This document shows, one piece after another, positions 1 to 8,836 of a stretch of 64,000 bases of DNA. The stretch lies in the IMG/VR virus record IMGVR_UViG_3300023198_000928; one strand, 5' to 3'. Within the stretch, counting starts at the first letter, position 1. Each line of letters opens with the position of its first letter. Both the position numbers and the translations under genes were made by a program. Under the pieces are notes generated by a model. The model was given only the letters and a program-made list of their open reading frames with translations, did not search any database and was not told where the DNA came from. Source of the DNA: an uncultured virus (IMG/VR IMGVR_UViG_3300023198_000928). Its lineage: Duplodnaviria; Heunggongvirae; Uroviricota; Caudoviricetes.

Positions 1-29
1 AATTCACAACAACTACAATAATAAACCAC

Positions 30-59
30 GAGCGTCCTATAAGAAATTATGGGGCGCTT
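30..59 (+). other. stem-loop with GAAA tetraloop (possible terminator or RNA processing site)
   Basis: AGCGTCCTATAA-GAAA-TTATGGGGCGCT, a 12-bp stem with G-U pairs, about 20 nt upstream of the ATG at 78; only a weak U-tract follows. Confidence 0.5.
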
Positions 60-77
60 CTTAATTCAATAAACATT

Positions 78-1157
78 ATGGTAAAAAAAGGAACTTATTG
101 GGTAAAATCTTCTAGTATTGCATCTAATGTATTATCTGAAGGTTCTATCGTACAGACTGTTGTTAATGACAACGAACAAGTTATATGCTTAATTGATTCA
201 TATGGTAGATATAGTCTTAATAGAATACATTTTAGAAAAGCTGATGGTATTGAAATTTCAGCTCATAGACAAGGAATCACTCATGTTACTGATATTGTAA
301 TTGACGATATTAATGATCGAGCTATCTCACCGAGTAAGCATATAAAATTTACGGATCATAGTAATTCATTGAGATGCACTTATGGAGATGTAGTTGTTAG
401 ATTAAACGGACATCATAATTGTGTTAAAGAAGAAAGGAAAGGTTATATGTTTCAGATTACACAGGCTGACATGCATAATCCTAGAGGTAGTAAAAGTGCC
501 CTTCATATGAAAGATCAAGTAAAGACTATTATTAATTTAGGAGGATGGAGATTTGCTAATACTATAGAAAAGTTATGGTTTGAGGAAAATAAAAATCATA
601 ATAATAATATTAATCATATGCCTGTTGATAATGTGACAGTTTCTAGTACTAGAGACACACGATCACTTGAAGAGAGAAAACAATTAGAAAGAGCTCAGAC
701 AATGTTTCAAAATAGCGGTATTTTATATGATGCAGATGTTGAACGTGCTAAAAGAGAAATGGAATTAGAAAGAGCTATATCACCTGACACTATGGGTGAT
801 TTTCTTAGAGCAGATCCTTCTGGAGGTAAAGCTTGGGCAGGTGTTGATACTCATACTCCTAACGCTACACATACTATTGCAACAGATAATTCAACTATTT
901 TAAACTCAGATTGTGTAACTACTTCAAATACAGGTGATGTAACTGGAGGTAATCTTAGTATACAAAGAGGCACCGGTTTTATATCTGACCCTAATTATCA
1001 TTATAATTCTGGTTTTGACCATTTTAACTACAATAATTATAATTCTCTTGGAATAATTAGTACTAAAGATGACATTAAAAAAGATATTACTGATGTGAAA
1101 CTTCAAGAAGGATTTAATGTAGCTACGCCAAAACGAAAAATAAAACGATTAATTTAA
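78..1157 (+). CDS. hypothetical protein
   Basis: 359-aa ORF with AT-rich leader, 4 nt from the next gene; no recognisable motif. Confidence 0.8.
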   Translation: MVKKGTYWVKSSSIASNVLSEGSIVQTVVNDNEQVICLIDSYGRYSLNRIHFRKADGIEISAHRQGITHVTDIVIDDINDRAISPSKHIKFTDHSNSLRCTYGDVVVRLNGHHNCVKEERKGYMFQITQADMHNPRGSKSALHMKDQVKTIINLGGWRFANTIEKLWFEENKNHNNNINHMPVDNVTVSSTRDTRSLEERKQLERAQTMFQNSGILYDADVERAKREMELERAISPDTMGDFLRADPSGGKAWAGVDTHTPNATHTIATDNSTILNSDCVTTSNTGDVTGGNLSIQRGTGFISDPNYHYNSGFDHFNYNNYNSLGIISTKDDIKKDITDVKLQEGFNVATPKRKIKRLI

Positions 1158-1161
1158 GATT

Positions 1162-2103
1162 ATGAAAACAAAGACCATAAAAAAGATTATTAGTAAAAAA
1201 CTTAATGAATGGCTTGAAACTATTACTGATGAAAGGCTAAGAAGAGAAGTTAAAGATAATTTACTAGTTTCTGGAGGATGTATTACCTCTATGTTATTGA
1301 AAGAGGATGTCAATGATTATGATATTTATATTCAAAATATGGATGTTCTTAGACGATTAGCTAATTATTACTGTGTTTCTAAAGTATTAGATGGGAGATT
1401 AAAGGATACATATTTAAGGGAGAGATTTCCTTTTATATTTGATGTAGATGTTGAAAGAGGATTGGGAATAGAAGGTGTAGATGGAGAATATGCATCAGAA
1501 GCATTTGTTAGAATTGATAATCTCAAGGAGGACCAAATCAAGTTAGATATTCCGAGTGTAGGAGAAAAGTATAAAGTAGAGACAGAAGATTCTGAAGGAA
1601 AAAAACTTTATAATGTTGTGTTTTTATCTCAAAATGCTATATCTTTAAGCAACGATATTCAGATAGTATTACGATTTAACGGAACTCCTGAGCAAATACA
1701 TAAGACATTTGACTTTATTCACGCTACAAATTATTTTACATTTAAAGACGGCCTTGTACTGAACTTGGACGCAATGACTAGTTTAATTACTAAGGATTTG
1801 CGATATCAAGGTTCATTGTATCCTCTTACATCAATAATTAGAGCAAAGAAGTTTACAAATCGTGGCTGGACAATAGGAGCTGGAGAAATGTTGAAGATTA
1901 TGTTTCAGATTTCTGAATTAGATTTAACTGATATTAAAGTATTAGAAGAACAATTGATAGGAGTTGACATAGCATATTTCGGACTACTGATCGATGCGCT
2001 GAGAGTAGTACCTAAAGCTAAGATATCATCTCAGTATATTAATGGTTTGATAGATAAAATATTTAATGAGTATGACGGAGAGGAAGCTAAAATAGATAAT
2101 TAA
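1162..2103 (+). CDS. Pol-beta superfamily nucleotidyltransferase-like phage protein
   Basis: hSGG..DxD signature VSGGCITSMLLKEDVNDYDIY; downstream FDFIH and YPLTSIIR..KF..RGW motifs. Confidence 0.7.
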   Translation: MKTKTIKKIISKKLNEWLETITDERLRREVKDNLLVSGGCITSMLLKEDVNDYDIYIQNMDVLRRLANYYCVSKVLDGRLKDTYLRERFPFIFDVDVERGLGIEGVDGEYASEAFVRIDNLKEDQIKLDIPSVGEKYKVETEDSEGKKLYNVVFLSQNAISLSNDIQIVLRFNGTPEQIHKTFDFIHATNYFTFKDGLVLNLDAMTSLITKDLRYQGSLYPLTSIIRAKKFTNRGWTIGAGEMLKIMFQISELDLTDIKVLEEQLIGVDIAYFGLLIDALRVVPKAKISSQYINGLIDKIFNEYDGEEAKIDN

Positions 2104-2118
2104 TGTAAAAATGTAATT

Positions 2119-2373
2119 ATGGAAGTAAAGAAATTTAAAGCAAATGATGTATTAAGAGTAGAAAATAAACTTAGAAGTGGTAAAGCTACTGGTTACACAG
2201 TTACTTTAATACATAAAGTAGAAAAAGATTTTACTGTTATGACTATAAAACAAAAAATAAAAAATGAAGGAAAAGTTTTTTGGAAATGTTTTATACATAA
2301 TTATGACTCTGATAACACCGAACCTTTTGCAATTGTAGATGAGCAACATTTAAAACAACTTCACGAAGACTAA
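2119..2373 (+). CDS. hypothetical protein
   Basis: 84-aa ORF in a tightly packed operon. Confidence 0.7.
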   Translation: MEVKKFKANDVLRVENKLRSGKATGYTVTLIHKVEKDFTVMTIKQKIKNEGKVFWKCFIHNYDSDNTEPFAIVDEQHLKQLHED

Positions 2374-2375
2374 TT

Positions 2376-2609
2376 ATGAATTACGGAAAAGATAAAGAAA
2401 TAGTAGCAATTGATTTATTAGGTAAAAAGCTAAAGAAAGGTGATGATGTAGTTACGATTACACCCTATACTAAGCAACTTACTAAAGGCAAAATTTTGAA
2501 AATAATGCCTAAAACTGTGCATGTAGAATATGTTGCATATAGAACTAGTAATGGGAAAAATCACACAGCATATACTTATCGACCACATAATAAAGTAGTT
2601 AAAATATAA
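2376..2609 (+). CDS. hypothetical protein (small SH3/KOW-like beta-barrel)
   Basis: DLLGKKLKKGDDVV...GKILKIMPKTVHV pattern typical of small phage SH3-like proteins. Confidence 0.6.
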   Translation: MNYGKDKEIVAIDLLGKKLKKGDDVVTITPYTKQLTKGKILKIMPKTVHVEYVAYRTSNGKNHTAYTYRPHNKVVKI

Positions 2610-2614
2610 TCACT

Positions 2615-2818
2615 ATGAAATTTTCAAGAAAAGAAGAGCCTGAAATTATTACTTATCGAGGTAAAAAATATCGCCGAGGTAAACAAGTTGGAATAGGTCA
2701 ATTAAGTATTTGTAAAGGATGCCAATTTGATAATAATGAAACCGCTTGTAGGAAATACTCTGATAAATGTAATCCTTTGCCTAGAGGTCAAATGTTAACT
2801 TTTAAACTAATACGATGA
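2615..2818 (+). CDS. small Cys-containing hypothetical protein
   Basis: CKGC...C...C; ATGA overlap with the next gene. Confidence 0.65.
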   Translation: MKFSRKEEPEIITYRGKKYRRGKQVGIGQLSICKGCQFDNNETACRKYSDKCNPLPRGQMLTFKLIR

Positions 2819-3249
2819 AAACAATAATAGAATTACCTAACAGATTTCAAGGAAGAGCGTCTACTAAAGGCTTCAAATTCATGAAGATGCAGGAGAATGA
2901 ATGCGCTGCATTATTTAAAGTGTATACAGGTGATGCATATCATTACGAAGTATTTAAGAAAAAGCTTGAGAAAGTTTGCACTGATTTTGAAAATAGAATT
3001 TATGATGAGGATCAGTTAAAAGTTAAATACCCAAATGATAATGCTTTCGGTAACTGGGCTTGGACATGTATTGATAGAGCTGAGGCCGTGATTAAATTTA
3101 TTAAACTAACAGCTAAAATTACTAATAAAGCAATAGAAGACGAGTATAGTTTAGAATGCCTACATTTATGTCAAGAAGCAGAAGGTACAGGAATAGAGGA
3201 CATATGTGCAGATGGATGTATGTATTTTAATCCGAATACTAAGAAATGA
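2815..3249 (+). CDS. hypothetical protein
   Basis: 144-aa ORF with YPNDNAFGNWAW motif; ATGA overlaps on both sides. Confidence 0.75.
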   Translation: MKTIIELPNRFQGRASTKGFKFMKMQENECAALFKVYTGDAYHYEVFKKKLEKVCTDFENRIYDEDQLKVKYPNDNAFGNWAWTCIDRAEAVIKFIKLTAKITNKAIEDEYSLECLHLCQEAEGTGIEDICADGCMYFNPNTKK

Positions 3250-3626
3250 GTAATTTTGAATATAGGTGGACTTGTAAGGATATAGATAGTAATATAGATA
3301 CCTTTAAAGATGAACTTAGAGATCATTTAATGGATGTTATTGATGAAATATCCCCAATTATATCTTATGATGATAAACTTAAATTCATTAATAAAAATAT
3401 TAAGGATAATTATATAGTTTATTATGTAGATATGTTTGAACGGCTAAGAGAACTAAATTCTGATATGAGAGAAGCTGCAGAAGATCAACTTACACAAAAG
3501 ATAACTCAAATTGAGGAGCTAGAAACAGCTGTTCAAGCTTTAGAAGAAGAACTAGAGAGCGCTAAAGGGGACATAACTGATCTAGAAGATACAATAACTG
3601 ATTTAGAAAACACTATAAATTCTTAA
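3246..3626 (+). CDS. acidic coiled-coil hypothetical protein
   Basis: C-terminal heptad repeats (ITDLEDT-ITDLENT). Confidence 0.75.
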   Translation: MSNFEYRWTCKDIDSNIDTFKDELRDHLMDVIDEISPIISYDDKLKFINKNIKDNYIVYYVDMFERLRELNSDMREAAEDQLTQKITQIEELETAVQALEEELESAKGDITDLEDTITDLENTINS

Positions 3627-3628
3627 AT

Positions 3629-3895
3629 ATGAAAGATAAAAACAAGCACCCGAAACAACCGTCAAAACAACCAGTAAAACAGCCGACAATGAATGTAATT
3701 ACAGGTGATGAAGGAGAAAGAGATCGACCTGCTTTTAAGATTAATCCTCAACCTCCAATAGTATATAAAATAGATGCTAGTAAAATAACTTCTCTAGAGG
3801 ATGTTAAAATTATTTTTGAACTGCTTAATTTGGTATTCACTCCTCAAGATGATGAGATGTATGATAAAGTAAAGCATTTACTAAAGCCTGTATAA
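3629..3895 (+). CDS. hypothetical protein
   Basis: 88-aa ORF with xKQP repeats at the N-terminus. Confidence 0.7.
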   Translation: MKDKNKHPKQPSKQPVKQPTMNVITGDEGERDRPAFKINPQPPIVYKIDASKITSLEDVKIIFELLNLVFTPQDDEMYDKVKHLLKPV

Positions 3896-3923
3896 TAATG
3901 TATTAACCTTAAAATAAATAGAT

Positions 3924-4190
3924 ATGGAAAGACCTTCAGAATTTTATGATTTAAACTTACTAGTAGTAGTAGAAGATTGTGTAGAATGTGATAGTGATGG
4001 CCAATGGGTTGATTTCTATTTTGATGTGTCAACTATTGTTGGGTGGTATATACCTCTTGATTTAATTACTGGAAAGCCTTCAACTACGGCTATTAATGTA
4101 TTAATTCCGGGAGATGAACTAACTATTAGACAGAATAAAAGAATTAAAAACTATTTATTGAAATACTGCTACGTACATAGTAGCGCTTAG
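3924..4190 (+). CDS. hypothetical protein
   Basis: 88-aa ORF in operon. Confidence 0.65.
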   Translation: MERPSEFYDLNLLVVVEDCVECDSDGQWVDFYFDVSTIVGWYIPLDLITGKPSTTAINVLIPGDELTIRQNKRIKNYLLKYCYVHSSA

Positions 4191-4194
4191 AATC

Positions 4195-4455
4195 ATGAAA
4201 GTAAAAAATATAGTACAAACATGTGGTGCTTGCCCATCACAATGGGAGGGAACTATTGAAGATGGTAGAATGTTTTACGCTAGATATAGATGGGGAACTT
4301 TAACCATTCAAATAAGTAAAAAGCCTACTAATGATGTATATGATGCAATGGACGAAACCCTTTATAGTAAGGAGATAGGTAATGAATATGATGGTGTTAT
4401 GTCACAAGCTGATTTAATGGAAACTATGGTAAAAATTGGATTTTCTTTTAATTAA
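4195..4455 (+). CDS. hypothetical phage protein
   Basis: TCGACPSQWEG...FYARYRWG motif, resembles a recurrent small phage family. Confidence 0.75.
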   Translation: MKVKNIVQTCGACPSQWEGTIEDGRMFYARYRWGTLTIQISKKPTNDVYDAMDETLYSKEIGNEYDGVMSQADLMETMVKIGFSFN

Positions 4456-4465
4456 ATATATAAAT

Positions 4466-5140
4466 ATGGAAAAATTAGTAACCTTCGGGGAAGCAGTCCT
4501 GGCTTTAGAACAAGGAAAACGAGTAGCGAGAAAAGGATGGAACGGTAAAGGTTTATTTATTATTAAACAAGTTCCTGCTACGATTGGTTTAGACATTGTA
4601 CCTAATATGCAGAGTTTGCCTCAATCAGTTAAAGACACGTTTAAAAATAGAGGATTAGCTAGCGTTGCAATTAAGTCGCCGGATAAGAAAGAAGGTATGG
4701 AAGGGATAACTCCTGCAGAACCATTTTCTTTTATTCAGTATAAGAACCAACTATGTATTGTTTATCCTAATAATGTACTTTTTGGTTATAGTGCTAGTAC
4801 TAGCGATGCTTTAGCTGAAGATTGGGTGATATTAGACCCTGATTTACCTAAACAAGATTTGAGAGAGGAAGTACCTGTTATTGGACTTAGATTTGGTGAA
4901 GCTATTGAGAATTTAAGAGCTGGAAAAACATTAACTAGGATAGGTTGGAATGCGTCAGATATGTGGTTATATTATGTACCTACAGCGAAGTATAAAACTA
5001 TGACTGATGCTGCTAAAGAGGCATTTGGAGATACAGTTAGTTATCGAGAATATTTAGCACTTAAAACAGCACAAGGTGATGTGGCTACTTGGAGTCCTAG
5101 TAATACTGATGTGTTTGCTACTGATTGGGTAGTACTTTAG
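4466..5140 (+). CDS. tandem DUF2829 / Tad2-like nucleotide-signal sponge protein (two domains)
   Basis: two copies of FGEA..L..GK...R.GWN ... (W/Y)S.S..D..A.DWV; likely start is the ATG at 4466 rather than 4436. Confidence 0.8.
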   Translation: MEKLVTFGEAVLALEQGKRVARKGWNGKGLFIIKQVPATIGLDIVPNMQSLPQSVKDTFKNRGLASVAIKSPDKKEGMEGITPAEPFSFIQYKNQLCIVYPNNVLFGYSASTSDALAEDWVILDPDLPKQDLREEVPVIGLRFGEAIENLRAGKTLTRIGWNASDMWLYYVPTAKYKTMTDAAKEAFGDTVSYREYLALKTAQGDVATWSPSNTDVFATDWVVL

Positions 5141-5141
5141 T

Positions 5142-5429
5142 ATGGCACGTAAAATCACAATTCAAAATATTAAGAATTTCATAATCGGTAATGCTAGATA
5201 CTTAGGTAGTAAAGCTAGACTTACCGATATGGTTCTTATAGAACAGGTTGCTTATAGATCTAGTAAATGTCCCGACTGTTTAACAGCTGGCCATTGCTTA
5301 GGTTCTTGCGAATGTAGCGTACCAGGTCGTTGGTTTGTAGATGCAACTTGTAACGAAGACAGATTCCCTGATTTAATGGATAAAGAAACATGGGAACAAT
5401 TTAAAATTGATAACAATATAGATATGTAA
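5142..5429 (+). CDS. Cys-rich metal-binding hypothetical protein
   Basis: CPDCLTAGHCLGSCECSVPG...C. Confidence 0.7.
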   Translation: MARKITIQNIKNFIIGNARYLGSKARLTDMVLIEQVAYRSSKCPDCLTAGHCLGSCECSVPGRWFVDATCNEDRFPDLMDKETWEQFKIDNNIDM

Positions 5430-5431
5430 TT

Positions 5432-6415
5432 ATGAAATATTTTTTAGACACTGAATTTTTAGAAGGAACTCAAAAAGAGATGAAAGGTAAGAATTTAATT
5501 ATTTTTGCAGCTTTACTATTTTTTATTGTAGGACTAGTAAGTATGTATGCAGCATTTGATGTTACAAGTTACATATATGCTATTGCAGCACTTTTATTAG
5601 GTATTATTTATATTGTTATTAGCAAGAAAATTTATTCTGATCCCACTATCAATTTAATTAGTATAGGAATGGTCTCTGAGGATAATAGAGAATTATATTT
5701 AATCAGTAAGGAGTTTAACATTAAAGAAGCTTGGTATAGATATCAGATTGGGAAGAAAAGAAAAGTTTATTGGATTAGAGAAAATGTACTTAAACCTATT
5801 CATGAGGATTTATCAAAAAGAGCAGTCGATGAATATAAAGGTATGGCTGATCCTTATTATGCCCTTGATTTAGAATTTAATTATATTAATTTTCAAAGAC
5901 TTGTTAAACAATTTGGTGAGACTAATAGTGATATAGCTGATAAGATTAAAGAATTTTGTGATTGGCCTGCTTGCGCTTTTGATTGTGATGATACTAAGAT
6001 GATGTGGCATGTACGTGATAAATATGTCGAAGAAGAATTAGCTAAGATGAATAATCCTACTATAATTGAAGATACTGAACCTATGTTTTACGCATATTTC
6101 GCTGATTATGATTGGGTTGCATTCTGTTGGTTATTTGGTAAGATGATTGATTTACCTAGTAATTTTCCTATGTACTGCAAAGATTTAAAACAGTTAATGG
6201 AAGAACACTTTATAATTACTGAAGACTTATTAGATTATTGTGAATCAGTTAAGAAAGTTGAAGGAAAATATCCTACTAACGAAACACTAAAATATGTGTT
6301 TAAGACTGAGAATATAAAGATGCATCCTTATTATCCTAAGAATAAAAATGCTCATGATGCATTATCTGACGCTAAATGGAATAAAGAATTATATGAATTT
6401 TTAAATAAACTATAG
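5432..6415 (+). CDS. DEDDh 3'-5' exonuclease (Rv2179c-like) with inserted transmembrane hairpin
   Basis: YFLDTEF, LISIGMV, ADYDWV, PMYCKDLKQ, HDALSDAKW; two hydrophobic helices at about aa 22-64. Confidence 0.8.
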   Translation: MKYFLDTEFLEGTQKEMKGKNLIIFAALLFFIVGLVSMYAAFDVTSYIYAIAALLLGIIYIVISKKIYSDPTINLISIGMVSEDNRELYLISKEFNIKEAWYRYQIGKKRKVYWIRENVLKPIHEDLSKRAVDEYKGMADPYYALDLEFNYINFQRLVKQFGETNSDIADKIKEFCDWPACAFDCDDTKMMWHVRDKYVEEELAKMNNPTIIEDTEPMFYAYFADYDWVAFCWLFGKMIDLPSNFPMYCKDLKQLMEEHFIITEDLLDYCESVKKVEGKYPTNETLKYVFKTENIKMHPYYPKNKNAHDALSDAKWNKELYEFLNKL

Positions 6416-6416
6416 T

Positions 6417-6809
6417 ATGAGTAAATGGAAACAATACCGAAGAAAGAGTATAAGTGAAATGATGACTTGGGAAGAAGGTGTAGATATGGATGGTATATCT
6501 GTAAGTGATGCAGACAAGGAAGCAGGAAGTCCTAAAGAAGGGGATATGATTGCTAGAAATCCTAAGAATCATAATGACATGTGGTTAGTAGCTAAGCAAT
6601 ACTTTGAAGACAATTTAGAAGCTATTAAAGATACAGCTACTTATAAAGATAGATTATTAATCGAGAGAGACGAGCTATCTGAGAAATATGAGAAGCTTGA
6701 CGCAGCGCTTAAGAACCATGAAGTTCCTGATTCGGCTGTATTTATTTTAAGTAAGCAACGCAATGTTATGCATGATTACTTACACATCTTAAATACCCGA
6801 CTTGACTAA
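6417..6809 (+). CDS. two-domain phage protein with C-terminal crAss001_48-like helical hairpin
   Basis: C-terminal YKDRLLIERDEL..K..KL...L..Q...M..YL.IL..R; N-terminal GDMIARNPKNHNDMWLVAKQYF domain. Confidence 0.65.
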   Translation: MSKWKQYRRKSISEMMTWEEGVDMDGISVSDADKEAGSPKEGDMIARNPKNHNDMWLVAKQYFEDNLEAIKDTATYKDRLLIERDELSEKYEKLDAALKNHEVPDSAVFILSKQRNVMHDYLHILNTRLD

Positions 6810-7243
6810 TGAAAACTACAGTAATAGTGGATATTGATGGAACGATATCTAGAGTTGGAGATAGACTTAAGTATTTACATGAAGAACCTAAGAATTGGGA
6901 TGCTTTTTATGATGCTTGTTTTGAAGATGAACCTATATTAGAAATGGTTGATTTAGTTAAATTACTATCTAATGAATATAGAATTGTATTCTGTACTGGT
7001 AGAAGAGAAAGTACGCGTAATCATACATTTGAATGGTTAGAATCTTATGGGCTATCTGGAGAATTATTGATGAGACCTAATGATGATTTTCGACATGATA
7101 CAATTGTAAAACCAGAAGTACTTAGAAAATCAGGTATCTTTAATGGGCAAATAGCATTTGTTCTAGAGGATAGAACTGCTATGGTTAATTATTGGAGAGG
7201 TGAAGGTGTAAGATGCCTACAAGTAGCTCCTGGAGATTTTTAA
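6809..7243 (+). CDS. HAD-family phosphatase (T4 PNK 3'-phosphatase domain-like)
   Basis: DIDGT motif I, CTGR, LLMRP.DD.R.D..VK, EDR, QVAPGDF. Confidence 0.85.
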   Translation: MKTTVIVDIDGTISRVGDRLKYLHEEPKNWDAFYDACFEDEPILEMVDLVKLLSNEYRIVFCTGRRESTRNHTFEWLESYGLSGELLMRPNDDFRHDTIVKPEVLRKSGIFNGQIAFVLEDRTAMVNYWRGEGVRCLQVAPGDF

Positions 7244-7254
7244 ATCCTATTAAT

Positions 7255-7458
7255 ATGAATGGTAAATTATTTGAATATTACCTTGGCAAAGCTGAGGCCT
7301 GGATACGATTATTTGTGTTCAGGTCTTGTCCCCAATGTGATAGTACTTCGCCCGAGGTTAAACATTGTAAAATATGTAATGGTAAGCCGATAGAAAAAGT
7401 GAGTTTTGTTAAAAGATACACATGGGCAAAATGGAAAAGAGCGAATTCTAAACCTTAA
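7255..7458 (+). CDS. small zinc-ribbon protein
   Basis: CPQC...CKIC; likely start is the ATG at 7255. Confidence 0.6.
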   Translation: MNGKLFEYYLGKAEAWIRLFVFRSCPQCDSTSPEVKHCKICNGKPIEKVSFVKRYTWAKWKRANSKP

Positions 7459-7464
7459 AGACCA

Positions 7465-7758
7465 ATGCTACATACTGATATAGAAATCTATTTAGATAAA
7501 GGACGTTTTATTAGATGGACTATAATGGCTGGACACTTTAGTCGTTATATTTTAAAAGACGCAAAAAAGAACTTAATTGCTGGTGGTGAACATATTGTTT
7601 CTCTTGAAGAATTATTAGACCACTGCGATAAAATTCCCGGATATTTAATTGATGAAGGAGTATTAGACCAAGATTGGATAGATTCCGATTGTATTACATT
7701 GATATATAATCCAAGGGAAAGAGATGAACAATTATTAAACGAACATAGATATGGCTAA
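7465..7758 (+). CDS. hypothetical protein
   Basis: 97-aa ORF overlapping the ligase start. Confidence 0.65.
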   Translation: MLHTDIEIYLDKGRFIRWTIMAGHFSRYILKDAKKNLIAGGEHIVSLEELLDHCDKIPGYLIDEGVLDQDWIDSDCITLIYNPRERDEQLLNEHRYG

Positions 7759-8836
7759 AAACAATTTAAACATACAATCATTACTTAACTGGAAACCTAA
7801 TTTATTAGATAATGATAAATCAGGAGTTATAATAGATTGGGAAGAAAGATTAACAGGAGTCGAGGACGGCGAATGGATAATATCCGATAAAGAAGATGGA
7901 GCTAGGATAGAATTATTAGAAGATGCTCGTGGAGTGAGTAGAGAATTAAAAACGCTCCCTAGTTTACAAGTGCAGACCATGGCAGAGCGCTTTACAGATA
8001 CTACAAAGCACGTAGGAGTTATAGAAGCGGAGTTTTATGCGCCGAATATGACATTCTCAGAAATCATTCACTTCTTTAAAACTGAAGATGTTACTTCTGA
8101 AAAGACTGTAGCTAAATATACTAAGCTCTGGGAGAAAAGTAAAGGAGATCCTAAGAAAGGATGGAGATACCCAGGACGTAGTGTTGAATGGCTTACAACT
8201 TGGCATGATGAGCTACAATTTTATGTATTTGATCACGTTTGGAACGACTCTGATGACAGAGGGAAATGGGATAGATATCAAGAATTGATGCGGTTATTTA
8301 AGAGAAATACACTTAATGATGCTAAGTTAATTAATCAAAGAGAGATTACTCATATAGATGAAGTATATCAAGCTTTTGATCAATCTGTTATAAATGGTGG
8401 AGAAGGTTTAGTAGCTTATAGAAAAGATGCTAAATATAAGAATGGTAGATATACTATTAATCAGGGACAGGCATTTAAGATTAAAGACTCTAACCGTGAT
8501 TACGATGGGACTATTACCGGCTTAAAAGAAGGTACAATGGTTAAAGATGGTGTTGCTAAAACTAAAAATAATTTTGGTAGAAGTAAAACCTCTCAGTTGA
8601 AAGATGATCGTATACCTAGCGGGATGTGCTCAGGATTTGAAGTTCGTATGACAGATGGGCGTGAACTAGTTGTTTCTTTAAATGGTTATAACCATGATGA
8701 TAGACGTGCTATGCTTAGAGTTCCAGAGGACTATGTTGGCTTAGAGATTAAGTTTACAGGAATGCCTCCTGTTAGTTCAAGACCTGATTCAGTACCGCGA
8801 CATTGCCACTACACTAAAGGAAACTTAAGATCCTAA
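7751..8836 (+). CDS. lig: ATP-dependent DNA ligase
   Basis: motif I KEDGAR, EAEFY, FYVFD, GEGLV, FKIK, and a C-terminal OB-like domain ending in PRH. Confidence 0.85.
   Translation: MAKNNLNIQSLLNWKPNLLDNDKSGVIIDWEERLTGVEDGEWIISDKEDGARIELLEDARGVSRELKTLPSLQVQTMAERFTDTTKHVGVIEAEFYAPNMTFSEIIHFFKTEDVTSEKTVAKYTKLWEKSKGDPKKGWRYPGRSVEWLTTWHDELQFYVFDHVWNDSDDRGKWDRYQELMRLFKRNTLNDAKLINQREITHIDEVYQAFDQSVINGGEGLVAYRKDAKYKNGRYTINQGQAFKIKDSNRDYDGTITGLKEGTMVKDGVAKTKNNFGRSKTSQLKDDRIPSGMCSGFEVRMTDGRELVVSLNGYNHDDRRAMLRVPEDYVGLEIKFTGMPPVSSRPDSVPRHCHYTKGNLRS

Noticed and set aside
3573..3690. Short tandem repeats (21-bp ITDLE-coding pair; 12-bp KQP-coding units)
   Set aside because: Only two to three imperfect in-frame copies, explained by coiled-coil or low-complexity coding; not CRISPR, iterons or DGR repeats.
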